Positions 39,236 to 55,266 of a DNA stretch of 64,000 nucleotides are shown one piece after another. Numbering within the stretch: the first letter of the stretch is position 1; every line of letters begins with the position of its first letter. Below the pieces are notes generated by a model, which did no database searches, was not told the origin of the DNA, and saw only the letters and a program-made list of their open reading frames with translations. Where the stretch lies: assembly GCA_964035545.1 (NCBI GenBank), contig OZ037766.1, positions 5,694,722-5,758,721 on the forward strand, given 5' to 3'. Source of the DNA: Bugula neritina (taxonomy: Eukaryota; Animalia; Bryozoa). The position numbers and the translations under genes are program-made.

Positions 39236-42060
39236 ATGGAAAAGGTATTGACACGATACTTGTAAGTGTGAATTGCTATATATTTGTATTCTGGTGTACT
39301 TTAGTTTTGTAGGCTTCTGCTGGTGCTAATTAGTGTTGGATGTTGGATGTTGGAATCTCAACTCTCCTCCCACCGGTTTCACAGTCCACAAACGCTAAAT
39401 GGTTTTTCCTATGCACTAGTAATACTAGATTGTTTAGCTCTTCATTCAGTGTTGTGCCTTGCGCTATGTGTTGTGTACTACTCTTTGTCACATGCTATTA
39501 TTGGACTAGCTAATTGATTACTAGTAATGCTAACATATTTTTTGAACACTTTCCATGCTTGAAAATCTGCTTTATTATGGATTTAAATCAAGATGCTATA
39601 TCGCAGTATGTTTCTTTCAGTATATTATTAGAAAACTATTTCAGTATATTAGAAATTTTCAAATAGATGAGATTTAATCAAAAGTTAACTGTTGAGAATT
39701 TGTTAAAAAATTTCTTTAGCTGTGGTTAATTAGACTTTTAATGGTTTTCTTCACAGAGAAGACAGCCTTCAGTCTGTGGTGTTGGACCAAACTAGCCAAT
39801 CACGAGGGACGTTATATAATAATGAACTTGAAAATGCGTCTTTTCAGACTACTGCTCCGCCTTCCAAGTACGACCTGGAAGATGAAAAACCTGCCAAAAA
39901 GGCCCCAGGTTGGCTGACTTAATTGAAATTCAATAGAAAAAAATATGTTTAAGCTGACAAATAGCTTATGCAGAAATCTTCATATCATTAGCAATAATTG
40001 TGGTGTAGCGTTTGGGATGACCCTTGTTAATATTAGGACATAGCTGATCAGTATATATGGGCTTGAACATAGTTATAGTATATTATCTAAGAGTTTTAAA
40101 AAAAGACGTGATTTGTTTGGCATACATACTACTTTACCAATGAAACCTTTCTCCCTGTGTTAGATAATCTACCAGTATAGTTCAATTAAAGTTTGAGGTC
40201 ATTGTTAGTTCTAACAATTGCTCCAAGTTTTACTTGTTTTAAAAATAGTTGATATAAATTTGCAAAGAGAACCATGTCGATGGCCACTATTAGCCTGTAG
40301 TACTTGGCAGTTAACCGTACACTGCTGGGGGGGGGGGGAGGAGCATCCATTATGTTTTACTGAAGCCCATGCATGCCCCGATTTGCTATTATGTTTCTAA
40401 TTGGTCAATAAACGATACCTTGATGTCTACTGTAAGGGTTGGCAAGAAGGTTGACACTTGGCACTGCTGAGGTTTTTGGCATCTCCGATGACTTGGAATC
40501 TCTCAAGATGATGCAGCGAGTACGAGCTCACTCATTTCAAACCCAAAGTCAAGTAAGTGGATTATAATTTCTAATTTTTCAAACCATTAATAAAACAAAT
40601 TTAAACACAGGTTATGAGTTAGGATGCTGTGGTCTAGGGGTTAGAGCGTTTACCTAGTAAGCACGAAGTCATCGGTTCAAGCTCGACAAAGGCCATTGGT
40701 GATGTTAGGAAGAGCATCCAGTCATAATCACTCCTGTGTCACATATGAATAAGTTCTTAGCCCGATTTAACAAAAACCTTTTCCATCAGAGGTTTCTCAC
40801 AGGGATGGTGACTATAAACTTGCGTGAGTGAGTTATGGGTTAGGATGTGCTTCTATAGGATCTCTAATGTTAACACGTCTATATTGAAATTCGAATGTGT
40901 TCTAGGAAGCTCGTGAAGTCAAGGATATTGTCGGTAATCTGTCGAAAGCTACTTCAGATGAGGATGAACTACCAAAGTTTTCAGCGCTTTCAATGACAAC
41001 TGAGATGATTAAAACAGTGAATCAAGCGTTTATGCAAGACCTGGAACTGTACGGAAAGAAACGCAATAGTGAAATGCCCGAGCTGTTTTCTCCCATGGAC
41101 CTGAGAGGAAGTGCTGTTAACCAGAAAAGAAGTTTTGGTGGCACTCCTTTTGTTGATGAGAATACGTTAAAGCTTCATCAGCAATCATCCGCGTTAGCAG
41201 TACCGCAGCCAAATATATTCTCTTCAAATCTGTCTCTTGCAAACTACAGCAACTATCAGGTAACTCATCTTATCAACTCACTGCACTGAGCCCACATTAT
41301 GCTTATTCAAATTGATTTTGAATATTATTTTGAATATAATATATATTACCCTTATTTCCTTTTTATGAGGAAAATAAAGAACTGATTTATGCGTTAGAAT
41401 TGAAAGCAAATTTTTGGTAATTTTAGGTTTAACAATTGCTGCTGCCTTTTCTTCAACTTAACTGTAAAACCTGTTTGTACTGTTGAAGCTTGATGCTAGG
41501 TTCTGGTGTGTCAAGTAAAGCAGCATGTATGACTTTGAATTACCCAATTTTGCTGGTGAATGGCAATTTGCTTACACCGGGTACTTATATAGAGATAATT
41601 TTTTTTCCACCTGAGAATCTGAGAATTGTAGAAAAGTAACGCTTTAACTGGAGTGTTGATATTTTAGCTGAGCAGCTCCTATGACCTGTTTGAGGAGACG
41701 GCCAATATTCCCGAGGTGAGGAGTGTGGAGGGGGTGAAGAAGAAACGTATGGACATGATTGCTGATTCCAGTACGTCATTATATTTTCATATTTATCAGT
41801 TCACACTTCATGTCATTATTGATGCAATTTTATGTTTTCTGATTTCCTTCAAAAGTGTTCATTATAGCAAAATCATGAGAATGATTTACTTTTATAGTAT
41901 TTACTTCTTATGTATAATTAAAAAAATATTAATTTAAATAAACATATTAATAAGATTTATTTAAATAATGGTAGTACTTACCACAACAGATATGCTAAGA
42001 CATGTACTTTACATTAACCTGCAGCTGCTGGGCTGCTTATGTATGTTCTAGAATTTAATG

Positions 42061-42103
<43 letters not shown>

Positions 42104-45100
42104 TAGGTGTAAAAGTAACTAAAGTATATTCAAGTGCAGCTAATAGATATTTAGATGTAACTAATAGATATTTAGGTGTAACTGAAGACTAGAACTTTCC
42201 AACTATATGGCATATGTTACAACTATGTTACGTAATTATTTAGGTTTACAGTTTGACATGAACTCAGATTTGGCTCTTCAAGATTCAGTAGTTACACCTA
42301 GCAAGAGTCCCATAAGTGTCACCTCTGTGAATAATCGTCATGGAAACAGAAGAGAGACACTGTATGATAACTTCTACACTGATGATCACACATCACCAGC
42401 CAAACTGAATGTCAACAGATTCAAAAGTTCTTCTACCATCTCAACGGTGAGGCTTTACGTGTGCCCTGTGTCTATAAATAGCTCTCTGATAGTTTCTTTC
42501 AGATTTGTTTCTAAATATAGCTCAAATTAAAGTTTTGGCAATTTACCTGATTGATGTGAAAATTTGATTAGCATTAGAGGCACTGAGCTGCACTCAATCA
42601 TATGCATTGGTGACTGTTGGAGGGTGCACTATGTACGTGACAGAAATCATATTTTCTATGTAATGGAGTTTAGGTTGCTGTATTGGCAACAGCGTGTAAC
42701 GTTTTGCTATAGTATAAAAGGGTGTTGATAGAGCGGCCAGTTTGCCTGCGACTAACAAGCATACACCTGAGTTCTAGTTTAAATACTATCAGAGGTGTTT
42801 GGGAAGCTTTTTATAGCACCCTACACTACACCAACTCGACAAATGTGGTACAGTGGTTTAGCATAAATATTTTCACCATCAACACTCTTTGCCAAAATAT
42901 GAATCTGTAAGCAATACCAGACACAATAGTGATTTATAAGCTTGCAAGCATTTATTAAAAATTTGTAAATACTCTTTAGATTGAAAAACAACAATTAATT
43001 TCGAGTATTTCCATGGAAATACTCGAAATTAATTGTTGTTTTTCAATCTAAAGAGTATTTACAAATTTTTAACTAATTTTACTATAAATTTTGTTTAAAC
43101 AAATTATCAAAATATGAACCTTTAGAATGCCATTTTTATATTTGTGTTGAACATGTTAACCTTTTCTGTGCATCAGCTAGTATAAGCCATTATTTCTATT
43201 TCAACATTTAAATATACATAAGCATATGTGTACTATTTTGTATTTCATTCACTACAAACCTTGTACTGAATGTAATGTTCATACACCATAAGTAGACAAC
43301 TTGTGATATGATATACATTCAATACTGTACAGTCAAAAAGGAGAAAAAGTAGAAAGAATTCAGTTGGTAAACCCTCGGCCATTTGGGATGATGCTAGCCA
43401 AAGGTTTGTCTCGAAGGAGAGATATAATATACATATGATAAAGGAGCTTAGCCGGTCAGCAAAGAATGTAAACGCTGCCTACACTGACAAGGTGACTCGT
43501 GTAGAGCAGCAGACCTTTAACCCTGCAGGTAAATCTGCAGTCCAAGCATACATGGATATAAATAGATGGTGTATATGCAATGTTTATAAACTGTGGTTTG
43601 GACTTATTTGTGAAAACTATTTTCTTTCAACTTTTATATTGCGTATATTCACCTAAGTTGATATTCAAACTGCATTGTGCATCATTTGTGCATACAACTA
43701 TTCCATTGCTCAGTTTTCTGGTTAGTTATTGTTTGTTGTATAGTATTGGACTTGGATGATATTGATGTGAATCACCGTCCTCTTGCTTCTTTTGAGAAAA
43801 GAAGTTGCCTTCGAGGCAGAGCGGCTCTGGATCACTACGTCAAGTACCTGGTAGGTGCCATACTACTATTAGTGAGCAGTGGGAGCTAAAGGGCAATTTT
43901 CCTACTATGTTTAGAAAATCATTGACATGAGAAATTTTATATTATATATTTACTTATTTTATATATTATTATTTTGTATTGTTGTCTATCATATGTTATA
44001 TCTACCGGTGCTCAGTCTATAAGAATTACAGTTACTCACTTGTAGTCTAATAACATCATCTAATCACCTATGTTTTAGTTTTCTAGTTGTTTTAGTAAAA
44101 GTATGTGCAGACACACAGGCTAATAAACAGTAGCTTCTAATATATCTGAACATGAGATGAGTATATAATAATTCATTTGATAATTTTAGGCCTCTTGTTT
44201 TCCTTTCTATTGGTGGTTGGTCTCATGTTAAGTAATATATTGATCAGCTAGAACTTTACTTTTTAGTTATTAAACAGGCAGCACTCATTTGGTGTAACAG
44301 ATTATGAGTCATATATTTTATGTGCTTACATAGGAAATTGAGAGAAACATTAAAAGAGATAAGTTTAATGAACAGAAATTCTTTATTAAAATGAGACTAA
44401 ATGAGAAAAAGAAAAGAATAGAAGAAGCTCTACAATTGGCTAAAGGTTGGATGAAATAGCTTGTTTTATTCGTTAGAGTGTTACTCAGATGTATGTCATG
44501 TAACATTTCACTAATTTTGAATTATTTGACCTTGAACCTTTACTGGTGGGTCAATACAATCTTGTATTTTTTTTCTTTAATTCAGTGAAAACAAAGTTCA
44601 AGGACGTTTATGTAAATAAATATACAGCAGATACTTTACCAGTTGTGTATCTCTATATTTTTTATCATTTATAAAATATTTCAGAACATTACTGCTCTAA
44701 GCATGGCATCACATCTCAGTTACAACAGAAAGCACCACCAGAAAAAACTTCGGACTCCAATACAGACGCCCCTCAACATGAGGCTTTTAAAATCTCAGCA
44801 GGCCTGAGGCTGCAACTGGAATCACTGAAGACGTACATACCCTGGTTTATAGTTACCATAACCCTGATCCAAATAGCAATAGTGATAGGGCTGGCAGCTC
44901 TGGGGGGCGTGGCTACAGTCGGCTTGACCTCTAAGCCAGTAGTAAATGGTAATGTGCTACTTCTTCAACTTCTGTTAGCAACACTCTGTTTTATAACTAA
45001 ACCTTGCTAAGGTATGGCTGTAATGATAGAATATCCAAAACTTTCAATAAATGACAAATTTGGATGACATTTTAGTAACATTTATTAGCACTTTATCGTA

Positions 45101-48100
45101 AGATGAAAGTTAACTTCAGCCAACAACTAAACAGATTTTAACAATGTTTTTATAAGCCTTCAGAGTGCATCTTCACTATTTTTGAGACTAATCACTGAAT
45201 CTGTTTGATCAGAGGTAAGTGGAAGTCCGAGAAATATATTACTGAGTATAGTTTACATAAAATTTAATAATATATAGTCTGTAAAATATAGAAATATAAT
45301 AAATAACAAAATAAATAAATAATAAAACTAGATAAAGTTTAGTTTCAATTTATGTTGTCAACTTTTGGGCAGTTGTTTATGTATCTAAAGTTGGGTGCTA
45401 CAGGTCTAACAACTAATTGTATTAGAATACTGCTAACCCCATCTCTTGCAACGGTAAAAACTTGACTTTGAAAACTTTTATTTTGATTATTATATGCAAA
45501 AATATTAGTCAAGAAACATGTTTTGCAGAGTTCCAGACATGGGGAGGCAAGAAGGACATCACGTACAAAGAGCCAACCAACTTGTTGATTGGTCCATCAG
45601 AAAGCGCGTTGATACAGCTGGGAGCCATATTTGCTCCGTGTATTCGACAGGACAAGCTGCTAAACCTTCGAGTGGCTCAGCATAAGGCTCAGTTGAAAGA
45701 GGGTTTAGGATGCTGCGAAGTCTACGGTTCAGGAGCAGGTAACTCCGATGACAATATTGTAGAATTAAATATGACCATGTCGTACACTAATAGGATAATA
45801 ATTATACGAATTATTCATGCGGACTGTAAAATAATTATGAGCTGTACTAAATCAGACAGTTAGTGGGAAGTGCATATATATTATAGTCTTTGTATGTTCA
45901 AGCATGTTTACTTGAAAAAGAAGTTTAAGATGGTAGTTCTGTAAACCAAAATATGCTCTAAACATAGTCATTATATTTGCCAAAATATCTGAGAGGTAAG
46001 GAAAAGCAACTCTGTAGAATTGAAATAAAAATATTTAGTCTTACCGACATTATTGGAAACAGAACACTGGTTCTAGCAAGTAATTGAACAATAATAAGCA
46101 ATGTTCACGGTTTTCTTATATGGAGCAGCCATGGTCTAGGGGTTAGAATACTAGCTAAGTAAACACAAGGTCATGGGTTCAATCTCCAGTAAAGACCATT
46201 GTTGATGTTAAGAGCATTCAGTCATAATTAATCTTTTCCCACAATAGTGAACAAGTCTTCAACCTGCTAAAACATTTCCCCCAGAGTTTCTCACAGGGAT
46301 GGTGACTATAAACCCATATGAGTTCACCATTTTCTCACACAGTTTGGTGTTTGAAGGTACAACAACTAAAAAAGAGTGTTCTAAGATAACTGAAAAGAAT
46401 CTAGCCCCAGCGCATGACTGGATTAACTTGACATGTAATGCTAGACTAGTGAAAACATTAGGCAGAAGTTTTGAAGCCCATATCTTTAAGCCGTGTTGCT
46501 ATGGAAACCTGGGACAGTGTGAGCTGACCACAAACCAGCACTGCAAGCATATAGCTGGCGTGTGGCACTCAGATGTGAGGGAAAGCTGCTCACAGGTTCA
46601 CTGTAGTACAGACGTGTGCAGAGCAGTTTACTTGTGGAGTCGGGTTAAAACTGAGTCTTCGCACCTGTCTAATCAGGTGAGTACTATTACTACTACTGCT
46701 GCTACTGCTGCTTTTACTGCTGCCGCTACTACTACTACTGCTATTGCTGCTAACAGTACTACTACTACTGCTAGTAGTAGTAGTAATACTACATTACTAG
46801 CACTACTGTTATATTATACCTTAGAGAAGTTGAAACAATTTTTATAATACAGCAATGAATAAATTATTAAAGAATGGTGTTCCCAAGCAATATTAAACTT
46901 TCAAGTGTTAGATAAATAGATGTACAGCTTGATTATTTCTTTGAATTCTTTGCATTTAATTATTAACTGACAGCAATAAATTTTCTGCAGTGTTTAAACT
47001 GTTGACAAAGAAGAAATATTCATTATTTTCACTGCATGTACATATAGATGAGCAAATGGGCTCTGCAGCTTGGGGTTATTAAACCTTAAGGATTTTTATC
47101 ATTCTATAAATACGCATATGCTTATTACTTTTAGAAAAATGTGACTGACAATGTAGAAATCCACAGTCATAATCAATTCTGGAGACTGTTGGTCTCGTTG
47201 TTCTACCACCACGGCTTCCTGCACATCCTGTTTGTCGGTACAGTGCAATGCATCATGGGACTGGAAGTTGAGAAGGTGACTGGCTGGCTGAGGATTGCCG
47301 CCATTTATACTGTTAGTGGTGAGTACTTTAGGTCAAGGACGTGTCTTGACATGATGTCACTTTTGGTGTACTTTAATTAGTGAGCAGACAACTCCTTATG
47401 TTACACATATTTACTATGACATCTCAAAAAACAGTTATTTACTTCTACTGACTACCTTTATAACGGAGAATTTAACTTGTCTCGTGATAAATAATAAAGT
47501 ATAAATGCATACATGTTTCTGAAATCATTTTATTTCTCAGCAAATACATTTTCATAGCATAAGTTAGTCCACATTGGTTTTTTGCAGTTTGAAAGTTATA
47601 ATATATTTGATATGTGCTATATATAAACATATTCAATTTATTATTTTGAAAAGAATTTCATAAAAGTACAAACGGAAAATTAACTTATAAATAAGTTTAC
47701 TTTCAGAGATTTTCTTGTGTTGAAATAGAGTTGAAAAGTCCACAACAAATAATGTAGGGATTTGGTGAAAAATATGTTCTACAATATTTCATTTTGAGCA
47801 AGTTAAGCTCGACTATAAAATTTACCAAATTTAGTCATTTGACCCCAAACACTCATTTTTAAACTTTATTTTACGTCATATAAGTTGATTAGAGTGTAGC
47901 CTATGCTGTTACAGGTTACGGGGGACTTCTCATTGGTTCCATAGCCAGGCCCTACCAGGTGAACATTGGTGCTCAGGGGGCAGTATTCGGACTGATAGGT
48001 ATGAATCTGGTGGAGCTGATTCAGGCCTGGAAACTGGTAGACAAGCCGTGGAAAGCTGTGCTGAAACTCGGTGTGATAACCACATTAGGGGTGGCCGCTG

Positions 48101-48854
48101 GGCTGTTACCACAGGTGTGAAGGATAGCTCTTTTATGTCATAGGTTTTGCTTAAATAACTTTAAATTTGTAGAAAAATATTTCCTTGTGTTTTTCTGGTG
48201 CATCGAATGTAAAATTAGTTAGAACTTTGATGAATAGTGCTATACAACTTTTTAAAAGTTTCAAATTTTTTACAAGTCATTGAAGAGCTCAAGTTGTCTC
48301 TATTTAGTCGTTCTCAAGATGTGTGTGTTACGAAGATTAATAGGGGCGGTGATGTGTATTAGATAAATAATGTGTTTAATAAGTGTTATTTTTTACATAC
48401 AAACGAAATACTATTCTATTGTTAAATAGAATATTCCTTTTAACCATAAATAATTCCATGTTTACAGTATAAAGTTACCTTGTACCAAGCAGCATGAGTA
48501 AGAACGTCATACAAGTGGCTGGTGTTTTAAGTTAACCTGCTCCACTCTATTCTCGGTTATTATAACTCTCCAGTGTTATTATTAATTCTCCTTTTTCTTT
48601 ATGCTGTTTTGTAGATAAATTTGTTCATAGAGATTGGAGGGTTTGTATTCGGGATTATGATGTCTATAATCTGCCTACCCTATGTAACATTCAACTACTG
48701 GCATGCCAAGACTCGTATTGTCCTTATCGTCATATTTTCACTGGCCATCATTATTTTATTTAGCATTTTATCTTTTGTATTTTATAATTTGCAACCCCCT
48801 GGTGTAAGCTTAGTAAGAAATATAGAATGTATCAAAGATAAAACTTGTGAATAA
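39236..48854 (+). CDS. RHBDF1: Inactive rhomboid protein (iRhom), divergent
   Basis: Exons 39236-39261, 39757-39908, 40437-40552, 40906-41259, 41668-41770, 42244-42446, 43333-43528, 43744-43850, 44334-44445, 44685-44948, 45529-45738, 46357-46676, 47135-47318, 47915-48114, 48615-48854; phases join. GTAEVFGIS, TM1 PWF, iRhom homology domain (NLLIGPS..LIQLGAIFAPCIRQD, GCC, PCC..GQC, CSQVHC...VC), NQFWRL..SLFYHHG..H, EKVTGWLRIAAIY..SG. The symbol denotes the RHBDF1/2 family; first exon less certain. Confidence 0.92.
40622..40833 (+). mobile_element. tRNA-derived SINE
   Basis: A-box TGGTCTAGGGG, B-box GGTTCAAGCTC, body '...gatgttaggaagagcatccagtcataat...ttctcacagggatggtgactataaac', tail (GAGT)n; homologous to 46122-46323. 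Confidence 0.85.
42955..43072. repeat. Perfect 118-bp palindrome (59-bp arms, no spacer) in an iRhom intron
   Basis: Centre TTTCCA|TGGAAA at 43013/43014; arms match base for base out to terminal TTAA. Confidence 0.97.
46122..46323 (+). mobile_element. tRNA-derived SINE (same family as 40622)
   Basis: TGGTCTAGGGGTTAGA A-box, GGTTCAATCTC B-box, shared 3' block TTTCTCACAGGGATGGTGACTATAAAC. Confidence 0.85.
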
Positions 48855-49927
48855 CACCGTAGTTCATGGTCAAGTTACCTTACTAATACTCGAGCTATTT
48901 TTCTATTATTGTTTGGCATTTTTGTTCTGCACTGAAAACTGTATTTAAGTTTCTAATTAATATAATATGTAAGTTGAAACATGGCTCCTGGTGGTTATAA
49001 CAGTAAAGTAAGTTGTTTTTATGATTTTAAACCTAATTTGCCAAATAAATATGTGAACTGTTATAATAATTAAGTTTTTGTGACTTCAATTTCTTTCTGT
49101 TGTCTTAAGAAGGAATTTCTTTACTTTTACTTTTACAATGCAAGCTTTATATAAAAGCTTACATTTACACTGTGTCAGCATGGATGCTTATGTGTTGTGG
49201 TGGATGCACAGATGCAGGCCACAACTCAACCTATTGCCTAATACCAACAGTTTTTATTTCTCACAAAACTAACCTATAACCGTCAAAACATCTTGTTAAA
49301 TTAACATTAATCAACAGAGCTATTTCTGACAGCATTTTTAATTAATGAAGTTAAAAACAAAAAATAGTATAATACTTACAATTATTTGGACAATAAAGTT
49401 TAAGTTGTTTGCATCTTTAACAAGAGGAAAATTGAGCTGTACTGACTCATCAAACAAAAGCTACCAGTAAAAAGCTAATACTGCAACAGCTTTCACAAAA
49501 AGCTTTCATCAAACAATATTTTACTTTAAGCTAGAACGAAAAGCTCCTGCAACACCCACAACTATATATAGTGATACCAAGCGCAGCTCTACAAAGACTT
49601 GTTATAATATTTGACAAACAACTACAATAATGTGAATATAGTTGCATGATTATTTAGCTGAAAATACACTCTCCTGCGAGATAACCATATTTAAAGTTAC
49701 ATACTTGTGCTGCATATCTAAGTGTTAGATTGTATATAGTTTGCAAAGTTTTATCTCTGCTGAAACAGACTAAGTTAACTGATAACTAAACCAATTAGTT
49801 ATTTGCACTATTTCTCCAACAATTAAACTGGACCTGAATTAAAGCATTGTCTATTTAACATTAAGATATATTGTAGGTATGGGCATGCTATGCTTAGCAT
49901 TTGAAATTTGATTTGTATAAAAAGACA

Positions 49928-52752
<2,825 letters not shown>

Positions 52753-52951
52753 ATACTGACAAAAGTGAAGCTTGTAGAAAAAGCAATTGAGATGCTTTTA
52801 GCACTGCCTTTATTAACATAGCATGCATGTGACAAACATTATATATACAAAATAGTGAGAGTAAAACTTTATTTTATCAAAAATAACGTTCAGGTATAAA
52901 ACTGTAAATTATTGAAATACTTTTCACCGACTATTAAATAAATAAATTCAG

Positions 52952-55266
52952 TTATTCATTTGAATAGTTTGGTTTCCTTTTCTCTATAAATGCCATCATA
53001 CCCTCCAGCCTGTCGTCCTACAGCAAAATATTCGTTATAATTATAAAACAGTAAACTACTTAGAGGCAAAAGGCAAAAGCTTCAAAATAAACTATTTTTC
53101 ACTTAAAAATGACGATGCAAATTCATTTATTTCAAAAATATACAAAACATTTCTACCACAACAAATAATTTTTGTAGCTCTGATACTCTGACCATAATAA
53201 ATATTCCCTGTAGCTTAATTTAGTCTCAACTTACTGTTGCAAATGTAGAGTGAAACATTCGTTTTTCAAAGTGAAGTCCTTCTGCCAGAGTCATTTCAAA
53301 AGCTAAAAACATGAATCATGCATTCATATTCTGAATTACTAATTGAAATGTTTTATGTCATATTACCTGTAAATTGTTCAAGCCTACAGTAAGACAGCTT
53401 TCATATAACTAAATTTTTTAGCCTTGTTTTCATAAACACTCAGTGGTAAATCAATATAATATATATTTCATAAAATAGATTTTACTTAAAACAATAATGA
53501 GTCTTTGCATTAATGAGAAGTTGAAGCAAAATATCAAACCTTTGTTAGTAGCTTCTTTGCACATTGAAGTAACAAGGTGGGAGTTGGCTGCTATTTTCTC
53601 AGCTTTTTCTATAACTTTTGACAACAAGTCTTTCGCTGGAAAAACGTCTGCAACTAGACCTGCATACAAAATTTACCATAAAAACAGTTTTTACCATACC
53701 AACAACAAACAAAAACAACAAAAGAAAAGTAATTTGTAAGCTAACTCATGTTCTTTTAAAAGAAATCCAATAGAGAATATAATCTTGACCGCATATAAAA
53801 CGTCAACATTATTTCTTAACATATTATTATTAGCTTATCATATATAATATATAATACTACTTTACCATAACATATAACATATATAACATTAAACACATCA
53901 TACAGTAATATAGGATATCTAACTTACTGTATGATAAAATAAAACATGTAACTTACCATACTGTTTTGCTTCGCCGGCAGTGATAGGATCTCCAGTAAGC
54001 ACCATTTCCATAGCCTTAGACTTTCCAACAGCTCGTGGAAGACGTTGTGTGCCGCCCGCACCTTTAAAAATATGCAATAAAATTTGTCTACCAATGTAAT
54101 AGCAATAGTACAGATGAAAATAAATGCAGTTCATCAAATCAGCTTACCAGGGATAATTCCAATCTTGATTTCAGGCTGACCAAAATTAGCAGTGTCTCCA
54201 GCATAGATGATGTCACACATCATCGCTATTTCGCAACCCCCGCCATACTACAGGAGAGTAGAAAATAGAAATTAGTTTATTTTTTATATCTTGTGTATGC
54301 AATTTTTATTTTAACATTTTTTTTATTTTAAACATTCTAAATATTCACATACAACTTAACAGCTACTTACAGCGTATCCATTAACAGCAGCAATCAAAGG
54401 CTTTCGAAATGACGCTATTTTATCCCAGTGACTAAGGAACTTTGCCTTATATATATCAGCATACTTGGCCACTGGCGCCATTTGCTTGATGTCAGCTCCA
54501 GCTAGAAGTAAAGTGAAACAGTGTAACAATAGGTTCTTAGACATAAAATATAGAATAATTAATTTGTGTTTCGATATTATAAATGACAGCAGTGTGCTTT
54601 GCTCAAATAGCAAAGAAGGATAAAATACTCGACAGTTTAAACAAATTGAAATGCAACTTCTCAACTAGTATCTAAAGTCTCAGTATTTGTTGTAACTCAT
54701 AGTGTATGTGACGCATACCTGAGAATGCTTTGTTTGAACCTGTCAATATTACACAACCAATGCTGTCGTCAGACTCAAAGTCATCGAGTGCATTAGAAAC
54801 TTCTAGCATTAATGGGTCACAGAGAGCATTTAGTGCTGATGGTCTGTCCAGCTCAATATAACCAACATTACAGCCTTTTCCAACAGTTCTAACATGAATA
54901 TATTTATACTTCCTTTCTTCTACAAACAGGTGATTGACGCTTCTAATATGTCATACCTTGTATTATATCAAAATGAAACTTCAGAAGTGTTTACAACTTA
55001 AAATAGGAGAGCAGCCTAAAGTTAATAATGCTAGTTTTGTGGCATTGAGAATTAACAAAAATTAAATATACATAGAAAATGAAGCTATATTGAGTTTATT
55101 ATAATATTGATAATATACTATACAGTCAAAACTTTATAGCATTATTATTCAAGTAAAAATTACCTTGCTGTGATACACCTTTTAGTGCTCTGTTATGAAT
55201 GTGTGGTTCGTGTGCTCCCCCAATAACATGCTTTTTAACTACTTTCAGTCGTTCAGCACTGTTCAT
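52952..55266 (-). CDS. ECHS1: Short-chain enoyl-CoA hydratase (crotonase), ECHS1-like
   Basis: Exons 55266-55164, 54919-54719, 54501-54371, 54247-54148, 54061-53957, 53659-53540, 53302-53235, 53017-52952 (TAA). [51 protein letters not shown] (both catalytic Glu present), [12 protein letters not shown]. Probable non-coding first exon with donor at 55968. Confidence 0.95.

Noticed and set aside
40622-40700. tRNA gene
   Set aside because: A/B boxes are present but there is no convincing cloverleaf, and it continues into a body shared with other copies, so it is a SINE head.
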